From contig CBFGJN010000060.1 in the NCBI GenBank assembly GCA_965649115.1, positions 1 through 11,157 of the forward strand: a stretch of 11,157 bases of DNA. The letters run 5' to 3'. This stretch comes from a candidate division WOR-3 bacterium (GTDB taxonomy: Bacteria; Hydrothermota; Hydrothermia; LBFQ01; DSFT01). Below, piece by piece: positions 1 through 8,202 of this stretch. Below the pieces are notes generated by a model. It had not been told where the DNA came from, searched no databases, and saw only the letters and a program-made list of their open reading frames with translations. Numbering within the stretch: position 1 is the first letter of the stretch; each line of letters begins with the position of its first letter. The position numbers and the translations under genes are program-made.

Positions 1-231
1 GCCTTCGGCTTACAAATTCCCATATTTAGGCTATGGGGGGCAAAGCCCCCCTTAATCCCCCCATTATTTCAAGTATTTCAATGAATTTTTTATAAGTGAT
101 TGATTATCAATCACTTAACAATAATTATTGGACAAAGCGGCATTTTCATGTTTTGTCTAGTAATTCTGAAATATAGATTATTTCTTATTTTGCCCGCCCA
201 CCCTGAAAATAGGGAGCTTTGCCCCCTTCCA
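1..231 (-). repeat. Copy of ~214-bp modular palindromic repeat (inverted relative to the array at 10580-11157; runs off the left edge)
   Basis: The reverse complement reads TCAGGGTGGGCGGG (206-193), inverted repeat AATTACTAGACA..TGTCCAATAATT (165-123), perfect palindrome TAAGTGATTGAT-N-ATCAATCACTTA (93-117), hairpin GGGGGGC-TTT-GCCCCCC (35-51) and GCC-GAA-GGC (1-9). Positions 99-138 match 11064-11103 at 39/40 as reverse complement. Confidence 0.95.
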
Positions 232-1515
232 TTAAAACCATCCAATAAAATCTTCAAATTTCATTCCTCTTGAAGCTTTTAAAATAATTCTTCTAAATTT
301 TTTTGAATAAATTTTAAGAAATTCAAAAGCCTTTTCTTTATTATCAAAATAATAACAATTTATTTTACCTTTAAGCTCCTCATAGGTCCATCTAACGAAA
401 TTCCCTACAAATATAAAATTATCATGTCCTAAATCTAAAATCAATTTGCCAATTTGTCTATGATAAAATTCTGAAAACTCTCCAAGTTCAAGCATATCAC
501 CAATTATAAATAAATTCTTTTTACTTGGTTTTATAGAATAAAGCAATGCTCTCAAAGAATAAGGATTTGAATTGTAGGCATCATTTATTATTTCAAAACC
601 ATTAATTTTTAAAACTTCCATTCGCATACTTTCAGACTTAAAATTTTTCAAAAATTTATATGGTTCTTCTATATTGAAAAATTCGCAAACTTTCAATACA
701 CATATGGCATTTTCAAGCCATCCATAGTTTGGAAAATCAATATAATCTCCATTATTTAGAATAAGTCTCACTCCAACTTCAAGAAACTCATATTTATAAT
801 CATTAATATCAAATGTTATAATTTTTTTAGGCTTTTTCATAATTTCGTAAAATTTCAAATAATCTTCTTTTCGCATAAAACCAACATCTGCAAATTTAAA
901 TATATTACTCTCTTCAATAGCAATATTTTCCAAAGATTTAAAAAATTCAATATGTTCAACTTCTATATTTGTTAAAATTGAATATTTTGGTTTTGCTATA
1001 TTAACTAAAAATTCAACTTCACCAATATGATTTGTTCCAATTTCAAGAATAAGAAATTCTGCTTCTCTTGGTGTATTTAGAATTGTTAAAGGAACACCAA
1101 TATGATTGTTATAACTCTTTGGACTTTTATAAGTTTTATAGAAATTTGAAAAAACTTTAAATAACATTTCCTTTGTTGTAGTTTTACCAACTGCCCCACC
1201 AACTGCTATTATTTTCGTTTTATTCAAGTAGTTATCTCTATAAAATTTAGCTATTTCAATTAAAGCATTTAAAGGTTCTTTAACTTTTATAATTTGATTT
1301 AAATTCTTACTGAAATTTTCAGAAACAATACATCCAACTGCTCCTTTATTCAAAGCATCTTCTACAAAATCTTCACCGTTGAATTTTTCACCTTTTAATG
1401 CAATAAATAAATCTCCTTCCTTTATTGTTCTACTATCAGTTGAAAATCCTATAACTTCACTGTCATCTCCAATTAATTCTGAATTTAAAATTTTTGCTAT
1501 TTCAGAAAGTTTCAT
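232..1515 (-). CDS. murF: UDP-N-acetylmuramoyl-tripeptide--D-alanyl-D-alanine ligase
   Basis: 427 aa with Mur-ligase motifs: STDSR..GDLFIALKGEKFNG, P-loop GAVGKTTTKE, SYNNHIGVPLT, LEIGT, INDAYNSNP, GDMLELG and C-terminal KASRG. Confidence 0.95.
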   Translation of the reverse strand: MKLSEIAKILNSELIGDDSEVIGFSTDSRTIKEGDLFIALKGEKFNGEDFVEDALNKGAVGCIVSENFSKNLNQIIKVKEPLNALIEIAKFYRDNYLNKTKIIAVGGAVGKTTTKEMLFKVFSNFYKTYKSPKSYNNHIGVPLTILNTPREAEFLILEIGTNHIGEVEFLVNIAKPKYSILTNIEVEHIEFFKSLENIAIEESNIFKFADVGFMRKEDYLKFYEIMKKPKKIITFDINDYKYEFLEVGVRLILNNGDYIDFPNYGWLENAICVLKVCEFFNIEEPYKFLKNFKSESMRMEVLKINGFEIINDAYNSNPYSLRALLYSIKPSKKNLFIIGDMLELGEFSEFYHRQIGKLILDLGHDNFIFVGNFVRWTYEELKGKINCYYFDNKEKAFEFLKIYSKKFRRIILKASRGMKFEDFIGWF

Positions 1516-2144
1516 TCTTCAATATAACTCATCATATTCATAAAGAAGAAAATCAATGACCAGAAAAAGTAGTGATACTGATTGTTTAAAAGGTACAAAG
1601 GATCTCCAACAAAAAAGAAAGAAAATGCTAAAAATCCCAAAAGCCACCTTTTACCTAAATCACTACCAAGATATAATAAAACATTAGCAAGAAGAATAGC
1701 AAAATTTAAATTAAGAACTATTAAAAATAAGTAATCAATAGTCGTTTTTAGATAAATTGAAAATATAAAACTTAAAGATATTGAAACAATAAGTCCAAAT
1801 AACCAAATAATTGTTTTTTTTCCTTTCAATTCAAGACCTTGCTTCAAAAGACCTACAAGCATAAAAGCAAGCGTGAAGGTCAAATAAAATCTTGATATTA
1901 AATGCAGAATTTTTGAATAAAATAACTCAGATATTGGGAAAAATAAACCGTTTAAAGAAAGCAATATCCAAAATCTTCCTCTGAGATTATCAAATCCTAA
2001 TATAAAAGCCTTTCTTAAAGATGAAATTAAAAAGAGAAAACATAGAAGAATAAATGAAATCCTTGAAATTTCAATGTTATAAAAAATCCCCCATACTCCT
2101 AAAAGAACTGAAACGATATTTAAAATTCTCAATATCCAAACCAT
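1512..2144 (-). CDS. Hypothetical polytopic membrane protein
   Basis: 210 aa with about 7 hydrophobic segments. Its stop overlaps the murF start (ATGA, 1512-1515). No family recognised. Confidence 0.75.
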   Translation of the reverse strand: MVWILRILNIVSVLLGVWGIFYNIEISRISFILLCFLFLISSLRKAFILGFDNLRGRFWILLSLNGLFFPISELFYSKILHLISRFYLTFTLAFMLVGLLKQGLELKGKKTIIWLFGLIVSISLSFIFSIYLKTTIDYLFLIVLNLNFAILLANVLLYLGSDLGKRWLLGFLAFSFFFVGDPLYLLNNQYHYFFWSLIFFFMNMMSYIEE

Positions 2145-2151
2145 ATTGAAA

Positions 2152-2157
2152 ATTTTA
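2152..2157 (-). promoter_or_regulatory. Putative -10 box (TAAAAT) 7 nt upstream of the ATG at 2144; probably leaderless
   Basis: The - strand reads ATCCTTTAAAATTTTCAAT-ATG with no Shine-Dalgarno. The same CCTTTAAAAT motif occurs at 2244-2253 and 8184-8193. Confidence 0.5.
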
Positions 2158-2224
2158 AAGGATAATTAATTGATTTTTCAAGGTTAGTGGAGAAATAAAG
2201 AAGAAAAGCCATCCGCTTGATTTC

Positions 2225-2253
2225 AGGACACAGCATTTTTTAACCTTTAAAAT
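2225..2253 (+). promoter_or_regulatory. Putative sigma70-type promoter of asnS (AGGACA-17 bp-TAAAAT)
   Basis: AGGACA at 2225-2230, a 17-bp spacer, TAAAAT at 2248-2253 and the ATG 11 nt downstream. Confidence 0.45.
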
Positions 2254-2264
2254 TATCAAAGGTA

Positions 2265-3560
2265 ATGAAAAGAACTTATATTGAAAATTTAAGAAATTTT
2301 GTTAATGAGGAAGTTGAAATAAAAGGGTGGCTATACAATAAGCGTTCAAGTGGTTCAATAAAATTTTTAATAGTTAGGGATGGAACGGGATTTGTTCAGT
2401 GCGTAATGAGTAAAAACGATATAAAAAATGAAATTTTTGAAATGGACATTCCTTATGAATCTTCAATTATTGTTCGTGGAATTGTTAGAGAGGATAAAAG
2501 AGCTCCTGGTGGATATGAAATTTTATTAAAAGATTTAGAAATTGTTTCAATATGTGAAAATTATCCTATACCAAAAGTTAGAGAAGAAAATATTCCTAAT
2601 GTTGATGTTTTAATGCCAATTAGACATTTATGGATTAGAGGAAGAAAGCAATGGGCGATTTTAAGAATTAGAAGTGAAATTGAACAAGCAATTCATGATT
2701 TCTTTTATAATAAAGGATTTATTAGAACAGATGCACCAATTTTAACACCAAATAGTGTTGAAGGAACAACAACCTTATTTGAAATTGATTATTTTGGAAA
2801 ACCTGCTTATTTATCACAATCAGGACAACTTTATGTTGAAGCTACGATGATGTCATTTGGTAAAGTTTATTGTTTTGGACCAACATTTAGAGCAGAAAAA
2901 TCTAAAACAAGAAAACATTTAACGGAATTTTGGATGGTTGAACCAGAAGTTGCTTATGCAACGCTTGAAGATATTATTGATTTAGCAGAGGAATTTGTTG
3001 AATATATTGTTCAAAGAGTCCTTGAAAGAAGAATGGAAGAACTTAAAATTCTTGAAAGGGATATTAAAGAACTTGAAAATGTTAAAAGACCATTTTATAG
3101 AATAACATATGAAAAAGCAATAGAAATTTTAAAGAATAAAGGATTTAATATCAAATATGGGGATGATTTTGGGGCTGATGAAGAAAGAGGAATTTATGAA
3201 GAATTTGATAAACCTGTTTCAATAATGTTTTATCCAAAAAAGATTAAACCATTTTATATGAAAATTGATTATAATGACAAAAGCAAGGTTAGAAATTTTG
3301 ATATGCTTGTAAAAGGTGTTGGTGAAATTATAGGAGGTAGTCAAAGAGAAGAAAATTTAGAAGTTTTAATGGAGAGAATTAAAGAAGAAAATTTGCCTAT
3401 GGAAGTTTATGAATGGTATCTTGATATTAGAAGATATGGAAGTGTTCCACATTCAGGATTTGGACTTGGGATTGAAAGAACAGTTCTATGGATAACAAAT
3501 ACAAATCATATTAGAGAAACTATTCCATTTCCAAGACTCATTGATAGAATTTATCCGTGA
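2265..3560 (+). CDS. asnS: Asparagine--tRNA ligase
   Basis: 431 aa class IIb synthetase. OB-fold GWLYNKRSSG..FLIVRDGTG, YLSQSGQLY, motif 2 FGPTFRAEKSKTRKHLTEFWMVEPE, GEIIGGSQRE and motif 3 RYGSVPHSGFGLGIER. Confidence 0.93.
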   Translation: MKRTYIENLRNFVNEEVEIKGWLYNKRSSGSIKFLIVRDGTGFVQCVMSKNDIKNEIFEMDIPYESSIIVRGIVREDKRAPGGYEILLKDLEIVSICENYPIPKVREENIPNVDVLMPIRHLWIRGRKQWAILRIRSEIEQAIHDFFYNKGFIRTDAPILTPNSVEGTTTLFEIDYFGKPAYLSQSGQLYVEATMMSFGKVYCFGPTFRAEKSKTRKHLTEFWMVEPEVAYATLEDIIDLAEEFVEYIVQRVLERRMEELKILERDIKELENVKRPFYRITYEKAIEILKNKGFNIKYGDDFGADEERGIYEEFDKPVSIMFYPKKIKPFYMKIDYNDKSKVRNFDMLVKGVGEIIGGSQREENLEVLMERIKEENLPMEVYEWYLDIRRYGSVPHSGFGLGIERTVLWITNTNHIRETIPFPRLIDRIYP

Positions 3561-4495
3561 AAAGAATTTTATTTATAAATACAGCTCCATATCTTGCAGG
3601 AAGTTTATTAAGCGATTTAAAACTTGCCAAATTACTTCAAAAAAATGGTTTTGATGTTTATTTTTCAACAATTTTAGAGAATATAAAAAAAGAATTTAAC
3701 GATTTGAAATTTATTGATTTTAATGAAGTTTTAAAATATATAAGAAATTTTGAAATCATTTTCTTAACTGAAAGCAAAGCAAGAAATTTATTAATTTTAA
3801 TAAAATTTCTAAATCCAAAAGCAAAAATTTTTTCTGTAAGAAGAGCAATTCCAAAAAGCACGAAGTTATCAATTCTTATACAAAATTTATTTTCTGATAA
3901 AATTCTTTGTGTAAGTAAAGATATTGCCGAAAAAATAAATTCAAAAAAAACATTTGTTATTTATTCTTTTGTTGATAAAATAAATGGGATTAAAAGCTCT
4001 TTTAATAGTCCGATTGTTTTTGGTTATCTTGGAAGAAATGATTATGATAAAGGAACTGATATTTTGTTAAAAGCATATAAAATGAAAAAATTTAAACTTG
4101 TTTTGGCAGGAAATTTTGAAAATTCAGAATTTTTAAAATATGATGTTGAATATCTTGGGTTTATAAAAGATAAAAAGATGTTTTTCAATAAAATTGATGT
4201 TTTAGTCTTACCTTCAAGAAGAGAAGGATTGCCAGAAGTTATTTTAGAATCCTTTTCCTTTGGAATTCCTGTAATAGCAAGTAATGTAGGAGGAGTTCCT
4301 GAAATTGTTAAAGAAAATTACAACGGTTTTTTATTTGAATGTGAAAATGTTAATCAACTAATTGAAAAAATTGAATTTATAGAAAAAAATCCAAAAATTA
4401 TTTTGGATATTTCAAAAAATTGTGTAAAAACAATTGAAGAAAAATTTCTTCCAGAGCATATGTTAGAAAGAATTTTGAAAGTTATAAATGATTAA
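3557..4495 (+). CDS. Glycosyltransferase family 4 (GT-B fold)
   Basis: GYLGRNDYDKG, then DVLVLPSRREGLPEVILESFSFGIPVIASNVGGVPEIV (EX7E motif) and NGFLF. The GTG start overlaps the asnS stop (GTGA). Confidence 0.9.
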   Translation: MKRILFINTAPYLAGSLLSDLKLAKLLQKNGFDVYFSTILENIKKEFNDLKFIDFNEVLKYIRNFEIIFLTESKARNLLILIKFLNPKAKIFSVRRAIPKSTKLSILIQNLFSDKILCVSKDIAEKINSKKTFVIYSFVDKINGIKSSFNSPIVFGYLGRNDYDKGTDILLKAYKMKKFKLVLAGNFENSEFLKYDVEYLGFIKDKKMFFNKIDVLVLPSRREGLPEVILESFSFGIPVIASNVGGVPEIVKENYNGFLFECENVNQLIEKIEFIEKNPKIILDISKNCVKTIEEKFLPEHMLERILKVIND

Positions 4496-4548
4496 TTTGC
4501 TAATGATAAAGCAGTCGTTATTGCTAAAAGTTTTGATATTGAAAAAGC

Positions 4549-4884
4549 TTAGCAAGAATTTTCTAAAACACTCCAATAACATTCAATTCCATTTTCTCTT
4601 AAAATATCACATAATGTTGAACTTCTAATTCCATCAGAACAAGTTATAAAATAAATGTTATTTTTGTCAAATTTTTCAAGATTTTCAAGATAATAAAAAA
4701 AATCATCATTACTTTTAATTTCAATATGAACATAAGGCTTATTTAAGTTTTTTCTCAAATAAATTAGCATCTCTATTGGAATGGCTTTTAAGTTTTTAAT
4801 ATAAACACCATTTATTTCAGCACTTTCAAGATTTTCCAAAATTTTTCTATTCTTTTCTAAATCTTCAATACTTAAAATTGTCAT
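4549..4884 (-). CDS. Small rhodanese-like domain protein
   Basis: 111 aa. YFITCSDGIRSSTLCDILRENG fits the rhodanese active-site loop (C-x-x-G-x-R-S) followed by L..G. It is divergent from the next gene. Confidence 0.65.
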   Translation of the reverse strand: MTILSIEDLEKNRKILENLESAEINGVYIKNLKAIPIEMLIYLRKNLNKPYVHIEIKSNDDFFYYLENLEKFDKNNIYFITCSDGIRSSTLCDILRENGIECYWSVLENSC

Positions 4885-4888
4885 ACCT

Positions 4889-4898
4889 TAAAATTTTA
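4889..4898. promoter_or_regulatory. Palindromic TAAAATTTTA: overlapping -10 boxes for the two divergent genes
   Basis: It gives TAAAAT on + (4889-4894) and on - (4898-4893, 8 nt from the ATG at 4884) within a 26-bp gap between ATGs at 4884 (-) and 4911 (+). Confidence 0.45.
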
Positions 4899-4910
4899 GA
4901 GCTTAACGAT

Positions 4911-5246
4911 ATGGTTATAATATCATATGATATATCGCTTTTGAGAGCAGAAATGGAACAACTTGCAAAAGAAAAAAAGTCTATTGTTCTAAACCCAGAT
5001 AACCAAGCACTTTTATATATAAAAAAGCACAAACCAAAAGTAATCATTTTAGATATATCTTCCGCTGAAAGTTTATTATATGAAATTTATTTAGCTATAA
5101 AAAATGAAATTCCAGATGCAAAATTCATTATTACAGGATTTCAAAAATTCTTAAAAGGAAAATTTGAAGAAGTTGAAGGATTTAAAGTATTTCCTTACAA
5201 TAGCAAAAAAATTAAACAAATTTTAAAAGAGCAATTTAAATTATGA
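4911..5246 (+). CDS. Stand-alone atypical CheY-like receiver-domain protein
   Basis: Alternating beta/alpha pattern with ALLYIKKHKPKVIILDIS (beta3 Asp) and PDAKFIITG. The acidic pair and the K-P motif are degenerate (KVFPY). Start placed at ATG 4911 because the TTG at 4878 overlaps the divergent gene's start. The stop overlaps the lysA start. Confidence 0.6.
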   Translation: MVIISYDISLLRAEMEQLAKEKKSIVLNPDNQALLYIKKHKPKVIILDISSAESLLYEIYLAIKNEIPDAKFIITGFQKFLKGKFEEVEGFKVFPYNSKKIKQILKEQFKL

Positions 5247-6367
5247 ATAAGTTATTATATGAAATTTCAAATTTAGGAACACCAGTGTATTTTTATTTAA
5301 AAGAGAAAATTTTGGAAAATTCCCAAAAACTCAAAAATTATTTTAAAAATGTTAATATATTTTATGCTGTTAAGGCAAATTTCAATCCAAAAATTTTAGA
5401 AATTTTTAAAGAACAGGGATTTGGCTTTGAAGTTGTATCAAAAGGAGAATTAAAACTTGCTTTATCAACAAAAATAAATCCCAAAAAAATTATATTTAAT
5501 GGCAATGGAAAAACTTATGAAGAAGTTAAGTTTGCAATTGAAAATGGTGTTGAATTCTTTAATTTTGATAGTCTTGATCAATTATTATTACTTGAAGAAA
5601 CTGCAAAAGCATTAAATAAAACAATAAAAGCTTTTATGAGAATTAAACCCCTTGTTGATGTTGAGACTCATTCCCATTTACAAACAGGAACATTTACAAG
5701 TAAATTTGGTTTGAATGATGAAGAAATAGACGAAGTTATTGATATTTACAAAAAATTAAAAAATGTTAAAATTATAGGAATACATAGTCATATTGGTTCA
5801 AATATAAAAGATGAAGAACCATTTATTAAATCCGCTTATAGAGTTTTAAAAATTTCAAAAGTTATTGAAAATTTAGAAATTTTAAATTTCGGGGGAGGAT
5901 TTGCAATAAATATGAATTTTAAAGAAATACCAAAACTATATAATGAACTTTCAAGCAAATATCAAATTTTTATTGAACCTGGAAGATATTTAATAGCGGA
6001 TGCTGGATTTATACTAACAAGAGTTATTTCTATAAAAAGAGGTTATCCTTATGATTTTTTAGTAATAGATTGTGGAATGTCTGAACTTATTAGACCTGCC
6101 TTGTATTCAGCTTATCATCCAATTAGAAGTTTAGAAAATAGAAATTCAGAAAAATTTTATATTGTAGTGGGTCCAATTTGTGAGAGTTCTGATGTTTTTG
6201 GTGAGTACTTTTTGCCAAATATGAAATTAAATGAATTACTAATTATTGAAAATTGTGGTGCTTATGGTTATTCAATGTCTTCAAATTACAACGGAAGAGA
6301 AAAACCTCTTGAAATTTTAATTGAAAACGATAAGTTTGAAATCATAAACCAAAGAAAATTCTTATAA
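5243..6367 (+). CDS. lysA: Diaminopimelate decarboxylase (group IV PLP-dependent decarboxylase)
   Basis: FYAVKAN (PLP lysine), EVVSKGEL, THSHLQTG..SKFG, HSHIGS, NFGGG, EPGRYL, LIRPALY, VVGPICESSD and GAYGYSMSSNYN. Confidence 0.88.
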   Translation: MNKLLYEISNLGTPVYFYLKEKILENSQKLKNYFKNVNIFYAVKANFNPKILEIFKEQGFGFEVVSKGELKLALSTKINPKKIIFNGNGKTYEEVKFAIENGVEFFNFDSLDQLLLLEETAKALNKTIKAFMRIKPLVDVETHSHLQTGTFTSKFGLNDEEIDEVIDIYKKLKNVKIIGIHSHIGSNIKDEEPFIKSAYRVLKISKVIENLEILNFGGGFAINMNFKEIPKLYNELSSKYQIFIEPGRYLIADAGFILTRVISIKRGYPYDFLVIDCGMSELIRPALYSAYHPIRSLENRNSEKFYIVVGPICESSDVFGEYFLPNMKLNELLIIENCGAYGYSMSSNYNGREKPLEILIENDKFEIINQRKFL

Positions 6368-6369
6368 TT

Positions 6370-8100
6370 ATGTACCTTGGAATCCATGATGGTCATACTG
6401 CAACAGCTTGCTTATTTAAAGATGGAAAAATTATTGCTTGTATATCAGAAGAAAGAATTAACAGAATTAAGGAATGGGGTGGATTTCCAAAAAATGCCAT
6501 ATTAGAAGTTTTAAAAATTTCTAATGTTAATCCATCAGATATAAAAGCAGTAGGCGTTAGTTCTATATTTCCTCCAATTAGAAGTGTAGATGAACTTGAA
6601 AGTCATTTCTTAAAGAAATTAGCAAAATTTTCAATAAAATTTATACCAAAATCCATAATTAGAAGTTCAAGTTTAAGAAAGTTATTTTTAGAAATTTATG
6701 AAATGTTATCAAGTAGGAAAAATTACATTAAAAATGAACTTGAAAAATTAGGCATTAGAGCAAAAGTCTATTTATATGAACATCATTTTATTCATGCTTT
6801 TACAAGTCATATTTTATCAAAAACAAGAAATGAAAATTTAATAATTACACTTGATGGTTCAGGGGATTTATTATCAGGAACAATTAGTATCGGAAGAAAT
6901 AGTGAAATAATTAGAATTTCTGAAATTTCAAATTATGATTCTATTGGTGAATTTTATATGAGAATTACTCAATTTTTAGGAATGAAACCATTGTCTCATG
7001 AATATAAAGTTATGGGACTTTCTGCTTATGTTGATGAAAATGACAAACATTCAATAGAAACATTTAAAATTTTCAAAAATTATTTTGAAGTTAAGAATTT
7101 AAAAATTTATAATAGGACAGGAGCATATAAAAGTCTTTATTTGAATTTATTTAAAAGGCAAATTTTAAATAAAAGATTTGATTATATTGCTTTTTCTGCT
7201 CAAAAGTTATTAGAAGAAATTGTTATTGAACTTGTTAGAAATGCTATTAGAAAAACTAACATAAGAAATGTTGTTCTTGGTGGAGGTGTCTTTATGAATG
7301 TTAAATTAAATAATAAAATTTTAATGCTTGATGAAGTTGAAAATTTATTTGTAATGCCAAGTTGTTCAGATGAATCTTTGGCAGTTGGTTGTGCTATAAA
7401 GTGCGCAATTGATGAAGGTTTTAAATTTGAAGATGTTAATTTTCTTGAAGATATATATTGGGGAACTTCTTATAGTAAAGAAGAAGTTGAAAAAGCTTTT
7501 GAAAATTTGGATGAAAAAGAATTTGAAATAAAATATATTGGAGATGATATTGATGAACTTGTAGGTGAATTGATAAGTGAGAATTACATTATAGCACGAT
7601 TTAAAAATAGAATGGAATTTGGAGCCAGAGCACTTGGTAATAGAAGTATATTAGCAAATCCAAGTAATCTTGAAGTTATTACAAAAATAAATAAAGCTAT
7701 AAAACAAAGAGATTTTTGGATGCCATTTGCCCCAACAATTTTATATGAAGACCAAGATAGATACATAATAAATCCAAAAAAGTACGAAGGATATTATATG
7801 ATAATGGCTTTCTTTACAAAAGAAGAGGCTCACAAAGACCTTAAAGCAGCCTTACATCAATATGACCTTTCTGTAAGACCCCAAATTTTAATAAAAGAAC
7901 ATAATGAAAGTTATTATAAGCTTATTAAAAAATTCAAAGAGAAAACTGGGATTGGAGGTGTCTTAAATACTTCTTTTAATTTACATGGCGAACCAATTGT
8001 TATGTCTCCAAATGATGCTATATGGACATTAAAAAATTCATCTCTTGATGGACTTGCTATTGAAAATTACTTGATTTTAAGAAGAAAATTTGTTATTTAA
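6370..8100 (+). CDS. Carbamoyltransferase, NodU/CmcH/TobZ family
   Basis: 576 aa. LGIHDGH..A, EERINRIK, EHH..HA, TLDGSGD, EYKVMGL, GGVFMNV, EFGARALGNRSILA, KQRDFWMPFAP and LNTSFNLHGEPIV. Confidence 0.92.
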   Translation: MYLGIHDGHTATACLFKDGKIIACISEERINRIKEWGGFPKNAILEVLKISNVNPSDIKAVGVSSIFPPIRSVDELESHFLKKLAKFSIKFIPKSIIRSSSLRKLFLEIYEMLSSRKNYIKNELEKLGIRAKVYLYEHHFIHAFTSHILSKTRNENLIITLDGSGDLLSGTISIGRNSEIIRISEISNYDSIGEFYMRITQFLGMKPLSHEYKVMGLSAYVDENDKHSIETFKIFKNYFEVKNLKIYNRTGAYKSLYLNLFKRQILNKRFDYIAFSAQKLLEEIVIELVRNAIRKTNIRNVVLGGGVFMNVKLNNKILMLDEVENLFVMPSCSDESLAVGCAIKCAIDEGFKFEDVNFLEDIYWGTSYSKEEVEKAFENLDEKEFEIKYIGDDIDELVGELISENYIIARFKNRMEFGARALGNRSILANPSNLEVITKINKAIKQRDFWMPFAPTILYEDQDRYIINPKKYEGYYMIMAFFTKEEAHKDLKAALHQYDLSVRPQILIKEHNESYYKLIKKFKEKTGIGGVLNTSFNLHGEPIVMSPNDAIWTLKNSSLDGLAIENYLILRRKFVI

Positions 8101-8110
8101 GTTCATTTTT

Positions 8111-8170
8111 AGAATTATTGATTTGCCCCCCAAAATAAATAGTTTTGGAATTACTAGACAAAGCATATAA
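8111..8170 (+). repeat. Truncated fragment of the ~214-bp repeat
   Basis: 8132-8166 matches 10808-10842 at 31/35. 8149-8166 is the exact reverse complement of 10850-10867. TTTGCCCCCC (8122-8131) resembles the right half of the GC hairpin. Confidence 0.85.
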
Positions 8171-8193
8171 ATACATTTATCATCCTTTAAAAT
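8155..8193 (+). promoter_or_regulatory. Putative sigma70-type promoter for glmU-gatA (TAGACA-17 bp-TATCAT; alternative -10 TAAAAT)
   Basis: TAGACA at 8155-8160, exactly 17 bp, then TATCAT at 8178-8183 (each 5/6 to consensus). A second TAAAAT at 8188-8193 lies 9 nt before the TTG start. Confidence 0.5.
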
Positions 8194-8202
8194 TTTAAAA
8201 CT

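Noticed and set aside
100..110. FNR or Fur box in TTGATTATCAA
   Set aside because: FNR needs TTGAT-N4-ATCAA and the spacing here is 1. It does not fit the Fur 7-1-7 box, and it lies inside a repeat downstream of genes.
211..227. Intrinsic terminator for murF (and similar hairpins after gatA)
   Set aside because: The hairpin is a repeat module with only a short ATTTT tail, and the other copies lack U-tracts. A terminator role is possible but not supported enough to call.
2265..3560. Non-discriminating archaeal-type AspRS working with GatA
   Set aside because: YLSQSGQLY, HLTEFWMVEPE and GGSQRE fit AsnRS. Archaeal-type AspRS typically has QSPQLYKQ and SGAQR.
3658..3861. 67-aa ORF on the - strand
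   Set aside because: Antisense shadow inside the well-supported glycosyltransferase, with no motifs.
4496..4552. Bidirectional terminator between convergent genes
   Set aside because: Only weak, AT-rich, wobble-dependent stems are visible.
4878..4910. TTG start at 4878 for the receiver-like gene
   Set aside because: It overlaps the divergent gene's start codon. ATG 4911 begins at the expected first beta strand and leaves room for a promoter.
4865..5047. 60-aa ORF on the - strand
   Set aside because: Antisense to the receiver-like gene and overlapping the rhodanese start, with no motifs.
7584..7766. 60-aa ORF on the - strand
   Set aside because: Antisense shadow inside the carbamoyltransferase.
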